This document shows, piece by piece, positions 23,892-33,652 of a stretch of 64,000 nt of DNA (within the stretch, counting starts at the first letter, position 1; every line of letters starts with the position of its first letter). A program made the translations under genes and the position numbers. Under the pieces are notes generated by a model that saw only the letters and a list, made by a program, of their open reading frames with translations, was not told the DNA's origin and ran no database searches. The DNA lies in the sequence record MW879344.1; one strand, written 5' to 3'.

Positions 23892-24080
23892 ATGAGCATT
23901 TTAATTAAGATTTGGTCAGTGATTGTATTGGTAGTAGGTAAGATTTGGGCAGAATTGACCAAAGAGCCAGCTAATAATGTGCTAGATACTGATGCACCAG
24001 CAGATGAACCTGCTAGTGAAGAACCAGTTCAACCAGCACCGGAAGCCACCGTTGACAATACAGAGGAACCTAAGCAATAA
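23892..24080 (+). CDS. small membrane-anchored acidic protein
   Basis: GGAG SD; TM then Pro/Glu-rich tail. Confidence 0.7.
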   Translation: MSILIKIWSVIVLVVGKIWAELTKEPANNVLDTDAPADEPASEEPVQPAPEATVDNTEEPKQ

Positions 24081-24125
24081 AAAGGGAAAAGATTTCCCTT
24101 GACAGCCAAAAGGATTTAATATAGA

Positions 24126-24737
24126 ATGAGTGGATTGACAAACAGAAACAACCTTGTTGATTATTTTCATAGACATTTAAGTTCATTTGTGGTAGAATCA
24201 TCATCACCATCACAAACAGTACTCGTAAAGGGTACTGATTTGAAAATTATCAATAATATTGATGGTACGATTGAATTCTACAAAAAACTCTCAGGTGAAT
24301 ATTCATATCAATATATGGATGATTCACCTTGGAATCCAAGTAGAAGTACTTACACAAATGTTGCCAACATCGAAAGATTAGCATTAGTCATGGTTAATAC
24401 TGATACACATTTCTCAATGGTATCTGCTAGTAATGATGAATGGGCTACTGTTAATAAAAAGGTTCGAGAAGTTAGAATTAAAGATAGTTTTCAAAGTCAT
24501 TATGAAGAATATTATGACATTGATACAGTACTCAATATGAAGTACAAAAAATTACCCATCTCTGAAGAAGAACACTTTCAACGAACAGCATCTGATGATT
24601 TGATATTAGATTTGAAACAATGCTTGAAAGTTAAAGAAATGTGTGATAAGATTAAAGCTGTTGGTGAAGTTGTTGAAGTTTCACCAGTACTGAAAATTAA
24701 TTTATTGTTCGAAGAAAATTTACGCGAGGGTGCCTGA
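24126..24737 (+). CDS. hypothetical protein, EExxFQ family
   Basis: SEEEHFQRT; 3' end overlaps tRNA-Cys. Confidence 0.7.
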   Translation: MSGLTNRNNLVDYFHRHLSSFVVESSSPSQTVLVKGTDLKIINNIDGTIEFYKKLSGEYSYQYMDDSPWNPSRSTYTNVANIERLALVMVNTDTHFSMVSASNDEWATVNKKVREVRIKDSFQSHYEEYYDIDTVLNMKYKKLPISEEEHFQRTASDDLILDLKQCLKVKEMCDKIKAVGEVVEVSPVLKINLLFEENLREGA

Positions 24738-24801
24738 GATGGCTTAAAGGATCGAATTGCAAATTCGAAGATCGTGGGTTCGAATCCCACCCCTTGCTCC
24801 A
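24724..24801 (+). tRNA. tRNA-Cys(GCA)
   Basis: GCGAGGG/CCCTTGC, U73, TCGAA-TT-GCA-AA-TTCGA, CCA. Confidence 0.92.
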
Positions 24802-24816
24802 TTTAAAGGAAAGATT

Positions 24817-25182
24817 ATGCACCACTTTGCATCGCTTGATGAAATAGCTAGTTTCTTTTATAATAATTACTATCAATTCTTTAGATATGATGATAAAACC
24901 ATTGATTATGGTGGCGTAACATATATGATGGAATTTGCGGAAAGTTCACCAGTACCAGTACTGAAGCTTTCTTATATTAATCCAGATGATGATACTGAAC
25001 AAGTACTACTATGTGTAGTAGATTTCGGTTTAGTTATTCATTCGGAAAGAAGTGTTGATAATCGTCCAGATATTTTTGAGTACGTTGACATTATCAAAGA
25101 AGAATTGTTCGGCTTGAATTTGTTTGACTTAGCTAAGTTTAACACTATATTTGAGCGATACAAAAATGATATGGGCTGTTAA
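24817..25182 (+). CDS. hypothetical protein
   Basis: ATG 24817 after AAGGA. Confidence 0.75.
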   Translation: MHHFASLDEIASFFYNNYYQFFRYDDKTIDYGGVTYMMEFAESSPVPVLKLSYINPDDDTEQVLLCVVDFGLVIHSERSVDNRPDIFEYVDIIKEELFGLNLFDLAKFNTIFERYKNDMGC

Positions 25183-25249
25183 CTCAGTAGGTTAGAGTAG
25201 CCGACTCTTAATCGGTTTGTCCAGGGTTCGAATCCCTGACAGCCCACCA
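25173..25249 (+). tRNA. tRNA-Lys(CTT)
   Basis: GCCGA-CT-CTT-AA-TCGGT, ACCA. Confidence 0.95.
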
Positions 25250-25317
25250 GATTTCACTTGACAGTCGTGAAATTTCGTGCGATAATAATCGCACATTTTA
25301 AGTAAGAGGATTAAAAC

Positions 25318-25521
25318 ATGAATATTTCACGTTTGAATGAAATTCAAGTTGAATTGATGAAAATTCAACATGAGCTTCAAACCGTTATTCGAGTTGATGA
25401 TTCAATACAAAAATCAGTAAATTATGCACAGCGTTTTATCGTTGGTGGTATTGCAGACGCACGTAATGAATTGCAGTACTTAATAAAATCGATAGAAGCA
25501 ACTGGTAATCATTGTGATTAA
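25318..25521 (+). CDS. small helical protein
   Basis: After TTGACA promoter, GAGGA SD. Confidence 0.75.
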   Translation: MNISRLNEIQVELMKIQHELQTVIRVDDSIQKSVNYAQRFIVGGIADARNELQYLIKSIEATGNHCD

Positions 25522-25533
25522 TTAGTACTCAAA

Positions 25534-25606
25534 GGTCAGTTAGTTCAGTTGGTAGAACGCTTCACTCATAATGAAGAAGTCACTGGATCGTAGCCAGTAC
25601 TGACCA
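25534..25606 (+). tRNA. tRNA-CAT (Met or Ile2) with atypical T-loop
   Basis: GGTCAGT/ACTGACC, CTTCA-CT-CAT-AA-TGAAG, T-loop ATCGTAG. Confidence 0.8.
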
Positions 25607-26350
25607 CTAATTATATTTTTCATCCCAAATGCGAATTCTCTCTAAAAGTTCTTCATATGTAATACTAGAAGTACTATGCTTTATAGTATTATTAGTTTGA
25701 AGCATTATTGAGCAATTAGCAGGATGTTTAAGTATGGATGGATCTACTTTATTGTGGTATCCATCATGAACTGAATACATATGATCACGAGAAACGCCTT
25801 TTGGATTTTTCTTTGGATGAAACATACCATGTTCTTCTAATAAAGTTAAATCATATTCATTTGGATAATTTCTTAAATCATGTGTAAAATTACAAAGACC
25901 ACGATATTCAGTTATTGTTCTACAGGACGGACATAATTCATGTTGAAATCTACCTAGTGATATTTCTTCATTATTACACTTAGGACAATTTCTTATATTA
26001 ACAAATTTACGTGGACGATGTGGAGATATTTTAGTACTACAATCTTCACACAGTTTTCTTTTTTTGTCAGTACTTGTTTTTTCTAATTTACAGAATTGAC
26101 AACAAAATTGATAAATTGTGGTCATTGATTTTGAAATTGATTTAGCTCTTTTTATTTGTTGCTCTTTAGTTCTATGTAAATTATTATAAGTTGCAGCACA
26201 AGAACGATTACAAAATTCTTTTCTGAATGATATAAAATTATTACACGTCAAGCATTTTTTTTCTTGGCATTTTTCAAAATGTGAGTTAAGATTTGCGGTG
26301 GTTAATTTTATCTTGCATTTTAAACAAGAACAATATAAATGATATTTCAT
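25607..26350 (-). CDS. HNH-type homing endonuclease with several CxxC motifs
   Basis: SRDHMYS...HPANCSIMLQTNN; TATAAATA upstream (26368-26375, minus). Confidence 0.75.
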   Translation of the reverse strand: MKYHLYCSCLKCKIKLTTANLNSHFEKCQEKKCLTCNNFISFRKEFCNRSCAATYNNLHRTKEQQIKRAKSISKSMTTIYQFCCQFCKLEKTSTDKKRKLCEDCSTKISPHRPRKFVNIRNCPKCNNEEISLGRFQHELCPSCRTITEYRGLCNFTHDLRNYPNEYDLTLLEEHGMFHPKKNPKGVSRDHMYSVHDGYHNKVDPSILKHPANCSIMLQTNNTIKHSTSSITYEELLERIRIWDEKYN

Positions 26351-26475
26351 AAATTCTCCTTTTGATATATTTATAAGAATCTATAAAATATAAGTTCATA
26401 ACAAACCGCTGCAAAAAAATGAAAAAAATTTGAAACGGTAGGAAAAAATGTGGTATAATATACACATAAAGAAAT

Positions 26476-26553
26476 TGCGATGTAGAGAAACGGTTATCTC
26501 GCAGGGTTCATATCCCTGAAACAGCATGGGTTCAACTCCCGCCATCGCATCCA
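26476..26553 (+). tRNA. tRNA-Met(CAT), initiator-like
   Basis: CAGGG-TT-CAT-AT-CCCTG (three G-C pairs), TGCGATG/CATCGCA, CCA. Confidence 0.85.
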
Positions 26554-26555
26554 AC

Positions 26556-26631
26556 CTTATATAAAGCCAATGCATTTCGGGGTGTGTTACGTCTGCCTGA
26601 TAATCGACTTTATATAAGCTAGGACGTAACA
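26556..26631 (+). ncRNA. predicted H-type pseudoknot between tRNA-Met and tRNA-Ala
   Basis: 11-bp stem 26556-66/26608-18 interleaved with 9-bp stem 26585-93/26623-31. Confidence 0.55.
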
Positions 26632-26635
26632 AATT

Positions 26636-26708
26636 GGGGCTATAGCTCAGTAGGGAGAGCGTCTGCTTTGCACGTAGAAGGTCATCGGTTCGATTCCGAT
26701 TAGCTCCA
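26636..26708 (+). tRNA. tRNA-Ala(TGC)
   Basis: GGGGCTA/TAGCTCC with G3-U70; TT-TGC-AC loop. Confidence 0.93.
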
Positions 26709-26906
26709 CAGACAATATACTTATCGTCTAATATTCAGGTTGCGTATTGTCCAAATAAGGGATACAATAGCTGGACAGGATACTGATTCGCTCGCAGGAG
26801 GTTTCGGGGATACAAGTGAAATTCTTGTTGAGTATACCAATTTTAAGTAACACCATAGTAAAAAAGTAACTAAGAGTCCTAAACAAATAACTAATGAGGT
26901 ATTATC

Positions 26907-27623
26907 ATGCAAGTACAATTCCAAACCGTTCTATTTGATTCTGAAGATTATCGTTTCGCAGTAGTAGTTGAAGAAACCCTAGTGATTGTAACCTCAAAAG
27001 GTGAAATCGAGCTAGAGTTCGATTCTGAAGCGGAAGCACTAGCAGGTCAGCTAGAACTCGGTGAAGTACTAGATGCTGCTAAAGGTTCTAACATCGCTTC
27101 TGTAATTCAGGACGCTGCTGAAACTGTTTCTGGTCTAGTTTCTGGTCTAGTTTCTGGTCTATTCGGCAAAACTGGTTTCGGTTCAGTTAAATCTAAAGTA
27201 GCTGGTAAAGCTGCTAAAGCAACCGCTGGTATTGATGAGCGTGTAAATGAGTTCCTACGTCAACTTGACGAAGCGATCAAAGGTGCAGAACAAGCTGTTC
27301 CAGCTCGTGCAGATACCCGCCGTGCTTCCACCGCTGAAGCAGAAGATGTATTCGGTACTTCTCGCACTCGTCGTGCAGTAGATGCTGATGCAGTAGTAAG
27401 TACTCTATCTGATGCTGATCTACAAGCAGTTATCAGTACTAAAGCAGACCAACTAATTGCTACTAACCGTCAGGTTCAGGGTCTAGTTGCAAATCTACGC
27501 CGCTTCCATAGCGAAGAAGAAGTGCAAGAAGCTATCGATGCACACAAAGAAATGGTATTCAACGTTGCTCGTGCGAACGATGAACTAACCGTTAACGAAG
27601 TGTTCAATCACCTTCTACGTTAA
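26907..27623 (+). CDS. Ala/Glu-rich protein with strong codon bias
   Basis: GAGG SD; VSGL x3 repeat. Confidence 0.85.
   Translation: MQVQFQTVLFDSEDYRFAVVVEETLVIVTSKGEIELEFDSEAEALAGQLELGEVLDAAKGSNIASVIQDAAETVSGLVSGLVSGLFGKTGFGSVKSKVAGKAAKATAGIDERVNEFLRQLDEAIKGAEQAVPARADTRRASTAEAEDVFGTSRTRRAVDADAVVSTLSDADLQAVISTKADQLIATNRQVQGLVANLRRFHSEEEVQEAIDAHKEMVFNVARANDELTVNEVFNHLLR
27126..27161 (+). repeat. 12-nt tandem repeat x3 (GTTTCTGGTCTA)
   Basis: Direct reading. Confidence 0.9.
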
Positions 27624-27634
27624 TATCCAAAATT

Positions 27635-27657
27635 AAGGCAGCCAATGGCTGCCTTTT
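27635..27657 (+). terminator. intrinsic terminator
   Basis: AAGGCAGCC-AAT-GGCTGCC-TTTT. Confidence 0.8.
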
Positions 27658-27672
27658 GTCATTTGAGGTTAT

Positions 27673-28212
27673 ATGAAAATAACAGAGCAGTACCGAACAC
27701 TAGGTGTTCAAAATTTCTATTCATGTCCTTCTATCCAGAAAACATATCAAAACCCACACGGTCAATTCATCATCGAATGCCTGAATAACTCATTCTATCA
27801 ATACTTCACAGAAAACGCCTCAGTACTCGATCTAGGCTCAGGAAATGGCCTTATCAGTCATGCTCTCAAAACATGTGGAGTCCACAACATTGAAGGTTCA
27901 GACAAATACATGTATGAACGTTATACAGAAGAAACTGGTTTTAAATGCTATCCATATTCATTCGAAGACATTTCCGATTTTAATTGTACGTTTGAAAAAG
28001 AATATGATGTTATCATATGTAGCTATGCATTTGATCTTGTTCCTGAATCATATCGGCAAAAACTGTTATATGCATTAAGTACTTATACCGAAACACTAAT
28101 ACTAATAAGACCTAACTCACATGAGTTGATTTCTGATATATGGAAATTAGAGTATAAAAACAGAACGGGAAAATCTAGAGTTACGATGTATCAAAAAGAA
28201 AGGCACTCATAA
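27673..28212 (+). CDS. class I SAM-dependent methyltransferase-like protein
   Basis: VLDLGSGNG motif I; YDVIICSYAF. Confidence 0.8.
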   Translation: MKITEQYRTLGVQNFYSCPSIQKTYQNPHGQFIIECLNNSFYQYFTENASVLDLGSGNGLISHALKTCGVHNIEGSDKYMYERYTEETGFKCYPYSFEDISDFNCTFEKEYDVIICSYAFDLVPESYRQKLLYALSTYTETLILIRPNSHELISDIWKLEYKNRTGKSRVTMYQKERHS

Positions 28213-28226
28213 GAGTGCCTTTTTTT
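28199..28226. terminator. bidirectional intrinsic terminator
   Basis: AAAGGCACTC-ATAA-GAGTGCC-TTTTTTT between convergent genes. Confidence 0.85.
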
Positions 28227-29358
28227 ATGCCTTACCAGCGATAACAACTTTACCAGCAAAATCTTCATTGCTATATAATGTAATATTATCTGAACTATCT
28301 ACTTCTATTGTTATTGAAACCATTTCAGAACCATCATATACTGAAACGGATGGATTTGATTTATCATGTATACTAAATGGTATTTCCATTTTATATGAAG
28401 AACCATCATCAGACCACACTAAACTAGTACTGAATACTGATAATTGATCCGTTGGTCCAATTATAACAATATCCATATCCTCTGCAACTAATTGAGTTAC
28501 TGAAATGTCACCAGTACTGTTTACATGTACTTCAGGATTATATACTACCCCATTTGGATTTTGAATTTGAACTACCAAATCAGCACCACGATTATGTACA
28601 CTTTCAGGTAATGTATATGTAAATGTTCCATCACCATTATCTACAAATTGTGCAGATGCTACAGGTATATTAGTTACAAAATCAGTATCAGTTCCAGATG
28701 GTAAAACATCAAAAGGTACTGTTGCAGTATTATAATGTGGTGATGTTATTACAATAGTACCTACACCAGTATTTTCAAATACGACATTATCGAAGGTGAA
28801 TACTCTGTTAACTACATTAGTAGTATATATTAAACCTTCTGGTGTAGTTAATGTAACGATCATTCCATCTTCATTTAATGCACCACTAATTGCACTTACC
28901 GAACCAGTTACTGTAGTACTATCAACAGTAACCGTATTAACGATAATAGTTCCTAAGTCTGGAATTGGTATGTCACATTCAGGGGTATACATATCATAAA
29001 GATATGTTCCATCACTCAAAACAACTTTATTAGATAAAAACCGGATTACAAATCCTTGTTCAGATAAAGAATCGTTATAGCCACGAACAAAGAAAGAATT
29101 TTTTGGAATCATATCCAATAAATTATCATCCGATAAACTATAATCGAGTACTCTATTACTTGTGTTATAACCAGTTAATTGTACTTTTTGATACACCATA
29201 TTAGATACGGGATCAATCAAGTCGAACATATGAATAGATCTTTGCTTATATATTCGCATATTTTTTAGCTTAGTCCCATCCTTTAATAATGCTCCACTCA
29301 CAATAAATCCACATACTCCGTATGGATAATCATTTATGCCAGCAATAGGTTTAGCCAT
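28225..29358 (-). CDS. probable virion structural protein (beta-rich, Ig-like)
   Basis: Thr/Val/Ser-rich beta pattern; late-type ATAAATA at 29384-29390 (minus). Confidence 0.6.
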   Translation of the reverse strand: MAKPIAGINDYPYGVCGFIVSGALLKDGTKLKNMRIYKQRSIHMFDLIDPVSNMVYQKVQLTGYNTSNRVLDYSLSDDNLLDMIPKNSFFVRGYNDSLSEQGFVIRFLSNKVVLSDGTYLYDMYTPECDIPIPDLGTIIVNTVTVDSTTVTGSVSAISGALNEDGMIVTLTTPEGLIYTTNVVNRVFTFDNVVFENTGVGTIVITSPHYNTATVPFDVLPSGTDTDFVTNIPVASAQFVDNGDGTFTYTLPESVHNRGADLVVQIQNPNGVVYNPEVHVNSTGDISVTQLVAEDMDIVIIGPTDQLSVFSTSLVWSDDGSSYKMEIPFSIHDKSNPSVSVYDGSEMVSITIEVDSSDNITLYSNEDFAGKVVIAGKA

Positions 29359-29533
29359 ATGTACCCTCCTAGTTATTATCCTGTATTTATTTGATACCGT
29401 ATGATTTTCCTTGACTTTTCCAACTCATTGTAGTATAATCTTTTTGTAATGAGAAACCCTATTGACAGTGATTAATGGGGTTGACATACCATTCATTTAA
29501 TGTATAATGAATGAAAATTAATTGAGGTGATGT

Positions 29534-30112
29534 ATGACACGTTTAATTATCCGTGAAGAAAAAATGAAAATCCGCTTGCATCAAGATGAAGCTGAGTCAT
29601 TTATGGCTAAAGCTGCTGCGAAAGCAGAGAAGTACACCAAGCTTGCACCGGATGGAAAATCACCATATGGTTTCAATCATGCACACTCGCATCTTGTAGG
29701 AATGGCTGCTGAACATGCATCATGGGTTCTTTTTACTGAAATTGAAGAAATGTTAGGAATTGATTTAAAGATTGATCCTGCCTTTCAAGATGAACGCCGT
29801 GAAGGAGAATGTGACCTTTATGTAGGTGGTAAACGTATTGAAGTAAAAGGTATTAAGTACGGTTCATGGTTGCGATTTGGTCCATGTGTAAGTGCTCGTC
29901 AACTTCCAAAAATAAAAAAGAAAGCTGACATTGTACTGTGGGCGTTGTATAATGAACGTTGTCAGGAATTTACATTTGAAGGATACAACTTAGTATCTGA
30001 AATTGAAACTATTCCTACTATCATGACTGGTGCTGAAGGTCGTGAAAAGATTGAAAACTATCCAGTACTAAGCATTATTAAACCACTACAGGAGCTTACA
30101 TTTGATGGTTAG
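29534..30112 (+). CDS. PD-(D/E)XK nuclease-like protein
   Basis: GMAAE...CDLYVGGKRIEVKG. Confidence 0.55.
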   Translation: MTRLIIREEKMKIRLHQDEAESFMAKAAAKAEKYTKLAPDGKSPYGFNHAHSHLVGMAAEHASWVLFTEIEEMLGIDLKIDPAFQDERREGECDLYVGGKRIEVKGIKYGSWLRFGPCVSARQLPKIKKKADIVLWALYNERCQEFTFEGYNLVSEIETIPTIMTGAEGREKIENYPVLSIIKPLQELTFDG

Positions 30113-30299
30113 GGTAACAGTTATTAATAAAAATGACCTATCACGAAAGGATTACACGTTTCTAGTATTACCCCGTAAAGACGAATGGGTAGTACTAGAT
30201 AGTGGAGACTTATTTTCCGTGCATAGTATTGTACATCTATGTTCAGGGGATTCAGAATATAATCCTCCACGAACTGAAATTTATGTAATTCCAGAATAA
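30102..30299 (+). CDS. hypothetical protein
   Basis: ORF. Confidence 0.65.
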   Translation: MMVRVTVINKNDLSRKDYTFLVLPRKDEWVVLDSGDLFSVHSIVHLCSGDSEYNPPRTEIYVIPE

Positions 30300-30305
30300 G
30301 GTAAA

Positions 30306-30623
30306 TTGAAAATGAAAAGTATTGGTATTTTGTTTCTTGTATTAGTGTGTACATTTCTTTACAAAACCGCACATGCAAGTACTGTACCAGTTTATCATAG
30401 TGCGTATTGTTCAGGATACGCATCTAAGATGGCAGCGACATATCGTATGCAGTACTATTACAAAATGCAAAAGTTTTATGATAGTCAAGTTAGTTCTACA
30501 ATTGAACATGATGGTCTACTCAATGAGTACTATCAAAGTGGTTCAGAAGCAGTGAAAGATAATGTATCTATTTCTCATAACTTAAATGATAAGTGTGAGG
30601 AACAATTTAAAAGGAATAAATGA
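30306..30623 (+). CDS. exported hypothetical protein
   Basis: Signal peptide ending AHA. Confidence 0.7.
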   Translation: MKMKSIGILFLVLVCTFLYKTAHASTVPVYHSAYCSGYASKMAATYRMQYYYKMQKFYDSQVSSTIEHDGLLNEYYQSGSEAVKDNVSISHNLNDKCEEQFKRNK

Positions 30624-31105
30624 TGTGGCAAGTAATAGTATTTTTTATTTTGTTCCAAATCTTCTATTCTATAGCTAATAATGCATTTGTGTTTCGTTCA
30701 ATATATGCATTCAAATTGGCTCAGAAATTAGGTTGGAAGTCGTTTTTTAAATTCTATTTCGAATCGTACCTAGTTTATGGTGATGCAATAAATGCATTCG
30801 AACACTTCTTACCAGAAGTAAATGATAGGTTGGAAAAGTTGTTAGCACTAGCATTAAATGGTGAAGCACAGGCAACAATCTCATGGGATCGTTGGGGTGA
30901 ACAGAAATACTTGAACATCCAAGCACCACGGAATTTTGATACTAATAGTAGTTCAATTTCATTCTATTATTTGGTTGGAAAAATTAATAGTAATGAAAAA
31001 TACCTACTATCACCAAGCGTATTTTTCATTGCTAATAAATTGATCAAGAAGTTGGAAGACAAAAAGGCTCAAGAAAAGTTAGATAGTCAAAAACGTACCA
31101 TTTAA
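30620..31105 (+). CDS. membrane-anchored hypothetical protein
   Basis: N-terminal TM. Confidence 0.75.
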   Translation: MMWQVIVFFILFQIFYSIANNAFVFRSIYAFKLAQKLGWKSFFKFYFESYLVYGDAINAFEHFLPEVNDRLEKLLALALNGEAQATISWDRWGEQKYLNIQAPRNFDTNSSSISFYYLVGKINSNEKYLLSPSVFFIANKLIKKLEDKKAQEKLDSQKRTI

Positions 31106-31166
31106 CTTGACTTGTAAAAATGATAGTGTATAATACTTGTATATTAACAAATGTGAGGGTTCCATT

Positions 31167-31667
31167 ATGTCAGCAGTACTAGCAACCAATATGACCAACA
31201 ATATGTCAAACCGTGCAGGTTACCTCACCTTCAATGAAATTATGGATGAAAATTTGATGTACTATACATTCAAAGATTGTATTAAGTACAATAAAGAAGG
31301 ATTCCACAGTTGGATCTGTTATTGGGAAGGTTCACCAATTGCAGTACAATGTACAGTTAAAGCATCAGTACTTGCAAATGGTTTTACAAAGGTCGCAATT
31401 CTATCGAAAGAATTGAAAACTATTGATGAAATTGGTATGTATCCAGCTAAGCAGCATCATTGCTTAGGCCACGTAATTAATGGTCGCTTCTTAAATGAAA
31501 AAGGTGTACAAAGCTTTGTAACTAAATCAATGGTGGATGGTCTACCAGTTGAAGTTGCACAGTCAAATACAGTGCTAAAATCCTCTGACAAGAAAGTTCT
31601 ATCAGCATCTGAGGTAGATCATTTCAAAAAAGTTATGGCAGAAAATTGGGGCTGTACATTCAAATAA
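31167..31667 (+). CDS. hypothetical protein
   Basis: After TTGACT...TATAAT, GAGG SD. Confidence 0.8.
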   Translation: MSAVLATNMTNNMSNRAGYLTFNEIMDENLMYYTFKDCIKYNKEGFHSWICYWEGSPIAVQCTVKASVLANGFTKVAILSKELKTIDEIGMYPAKQHHCLGHVINGRFLNEKGVQSFVTKSMVDGLPVEVAQSNTVLKSSDKKVLSASEVDHFKKVMAENWGCTFK

Positions 31668-31706
31668 TTTGGTTGGGGCGAAAGCCCCATATTTAAATGG
31701 TGACAT

Positions 31707-32153
31707 ATGAAAAAGTCTACAATCTTTACTATAGTGTTCTTACTATTCACAATTGAAGTAGCAATGAGTTTCGCTCAACTAAACAAAACATATCATTTTT
31801 ATGCATATACAATTCAATCCAAGTATGTAGTACTATCTGTTATTTCATACTTGTTGTTCACAGCATTCTCAGGATTATACTTCATGAATATGCCTGATGG
31901 ACAGAATGCTGAACGAACACATTATCTTGAAGTTTATGGTCCAAAGAAGTTTAACCTCCTTTATACCTATCACTTCATTATATTCACCGTAATAATGTTC
32001 CATGTTGGGAATTGGCCTTGGACTATTATGGGTATCCTACTCTTTATGATATGGAACTGGATACGAGTTAAGCAGAATAACTATATTACGGCAGCTAACT
32101 TAGAACAACTCAAAGAAGCTGCAAAGCAAAAACCAACAGTTACATTAGAATGA
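31707..32153 (+). CDS. multi-pass membrane protein
   Basis: Four hydrophobic segments. Confidence 0.75.
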   Translation: MKKSTIFTIVFLLFTIEVAMSFAQLNKTYHFYAYTIQSKYVVLSVISYLLFTAFSGLYFMNMPDGQNAERTHYLEVYGPKKFNLLYTYHFIIFTVIMFHVGNWPWTIMGILLFMIWNWIRVKQNNYITAANLEQLKEAAKQKPTVTLE

Positions 32154-32163
32154 GGATATAATT

Positions 32164-32592
32164 ATGTTTTCGAATATTGTATCTAAATCATTAGCAGTGA
32201 TATATCTTTTTTTAGGAGTATCATTGTATGGAGCATTTGTTGAAATGTTTCAATGGAATACTTATCTAGCAAGCCAATGGTTTATTGTAACTAATGTATT
32301 CATGGCTCTAGTAGTGTTCTGTTCATTTTGTTCAATAATCGCATTGGGTATGGTATATTGTGAAATTGATGCAGAGGCTAAACGTTTTAAAGTACAAATG
32401 TACACACTACTATCAGACAACCTATACAGTTCATTTTGGTATATATTACCATTTATCATAACTGTAGTATGTTTCCAATTAGCTATGTATCTATTCGCTG
32501 GTGGATTTTTGATGATTGGTCTGTGTGTACTAGCATTCTATTTGTTACATAAAAACATTATCAAAAAAGCTACAATTACAGCATTAAAATAA
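32164..32592 (+). CDS. multi-pass membrane protein
   Basis: Four hydrophobic segments. Confidence 0.75.
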   Translation: MFSNIVSKSLAVIYLFLGVSLYGAFVEMFQWNTYLASQWFIVTNVFMALVVFCSFCSIIALGMVYCEIDAEAKRFKVQMYTLLSDNLYSSFWYILPFIITVVCFQLAMYLFAGGFLMIGLCVLAFYLLHKNIIKKATITALK

Positions 32593-32665
32593 TGAAATAC
32601 CAGTTGACAGCGGTCATGTCAACTGGTATAGTACTTGTATATTAAATGAGATGAGAGGCCACAAA

Positions 32666-32914
32666 ATGGAAATCCAACACCTTGTTAACACAGTAAAAGA
32701 GAATGAAATTAAAATCGAAGAACTTCGTCAGTCTATTAAAGATCTGTACGAGGATAACAGTATTCGTTTTTCTGAATCTAAAAATACTGTCACTCCTGAA
32801 ATTCAGGAAAACTATAAAAAAATTGATAGTACTTTTACTGCTAAAGCTAAACTTGAAGCAGAAGTTCGTAGTTTGCAGAAACAAATTCTATCTGTCGTGT
32901 TGGGAGAACAATAA
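32666..32914 (+). CDS. coiled-coil protein
   Basis: Heptad pattern; GAGG SD. Confidence 0.75.
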   Translation: MEIQHLVNTVKENEIKIEELRQSIKDLYEDNSIRFSESKNTVTPEIQENYKKIDSTFTAKAKLEAEVRSLQKQILSVVLGEQ

Positions 32915-33537
32915 TGGCTAAGTATAGTGCTGCTAAAATTGAAGTTGCTCGTAAGTTAAGTACTAGTAAGTATCGTTATTATAGTATCTTTCCAACAGCA
33001 TTATCACAATTAGATCATATCTTTTTTGTGATCGGCAATGGTATTGGTTTCGACCCCAAAGATGGAGTGTACTTCGAAAATCTTAGTATCGAGGATGCCA
33101 AAAAAGAAAGGGCAAATCGTATTATTCGTTGCCATGAACGCATGAAAGAAATGCGTGATATTTTCGGTGAAGGTGGTTCCCGTTTTGATGAAATTTATCA
33201 AGAAGAAATACAAGAACTGGAAAAAGATTTTGAACCAATGCCAGCCAGTTATTATTTTGATGCTGATGCAATGGCAGCAGAACAAATTGCACATAATGAA
33301 ACAGCAAAACATAAAGGACAACCATATCCTGTTTGTGGTTACTCCATCATTATGCATGTTCAACCAGATACAAACAAAACAACGTTAGCATTGGCAATAG
33401 CCTGTACTAAAGGTTGGTTGAAAGTAGTTCAACATGAACTTACTTCTGAACAGAATGACGAACAGAAAGCAGTACTTGAAAAATGGATTGCTTTCTTTAA
33501 TGAAACAATTGAACGTTTGGAGAATAAAAATGCTTAA
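32914..33537 (+). CDS. hypothetical protein
   Basis: ORF coupled to upstream stop. Confidence 0.8.
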   Translation: MAKYSAAKIEVARKLSTSKYRYYSIFPTALSQLDHIFFVIGNGIGFDPKDGVYFENLSIEDAKKERANRIIRCHERMKEMRDIFGEGGSRFDEIYQEEIQELEKDFEPMPASYYFDADAMAAEQIAHNETAKHKGQPYPVCGYSIIMHVQPDTNKTTLALAIACTKGWLKVVQHELTSEQNDEQKAVLEKWIAFFNETIERLENKNA

Positions 33538-33652
33538 ACCATTAATCCTGTTAATTGTAGTACTGGCAGTCGGTATTGGTATCGGCTATAAAATTGGTCA
33601 AAAATCACCATCAGTTGGTGACTGTGTAAATTCTATTATTGGGAGCAACTAA
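33530..33652 (+). CDS. small membrane protein
   Basis: MLKPLILLIVV... after GGAG. Confidence 0.6.
   Translation: MLKPLILLIVVLAVGIGIGYKIGQKSPSVGDCVNSIIGSN

Noticed and set aside
26556-26631. Theta/HDV-like ribozyme assignment
   Set aside because: P1 too long; no convincing P3, P1.1 or J4/2
7846-26632. Minus-strand ORFs over tRNAs (7846-8097, 7938-8153, 9038-9262, 9160-9456, 19304-19495, 19531-19731, 24578-24802, 26396-26632)
   Set aside because: Antisense shadows of tRNA sequence; no SD, opposite to local transcription
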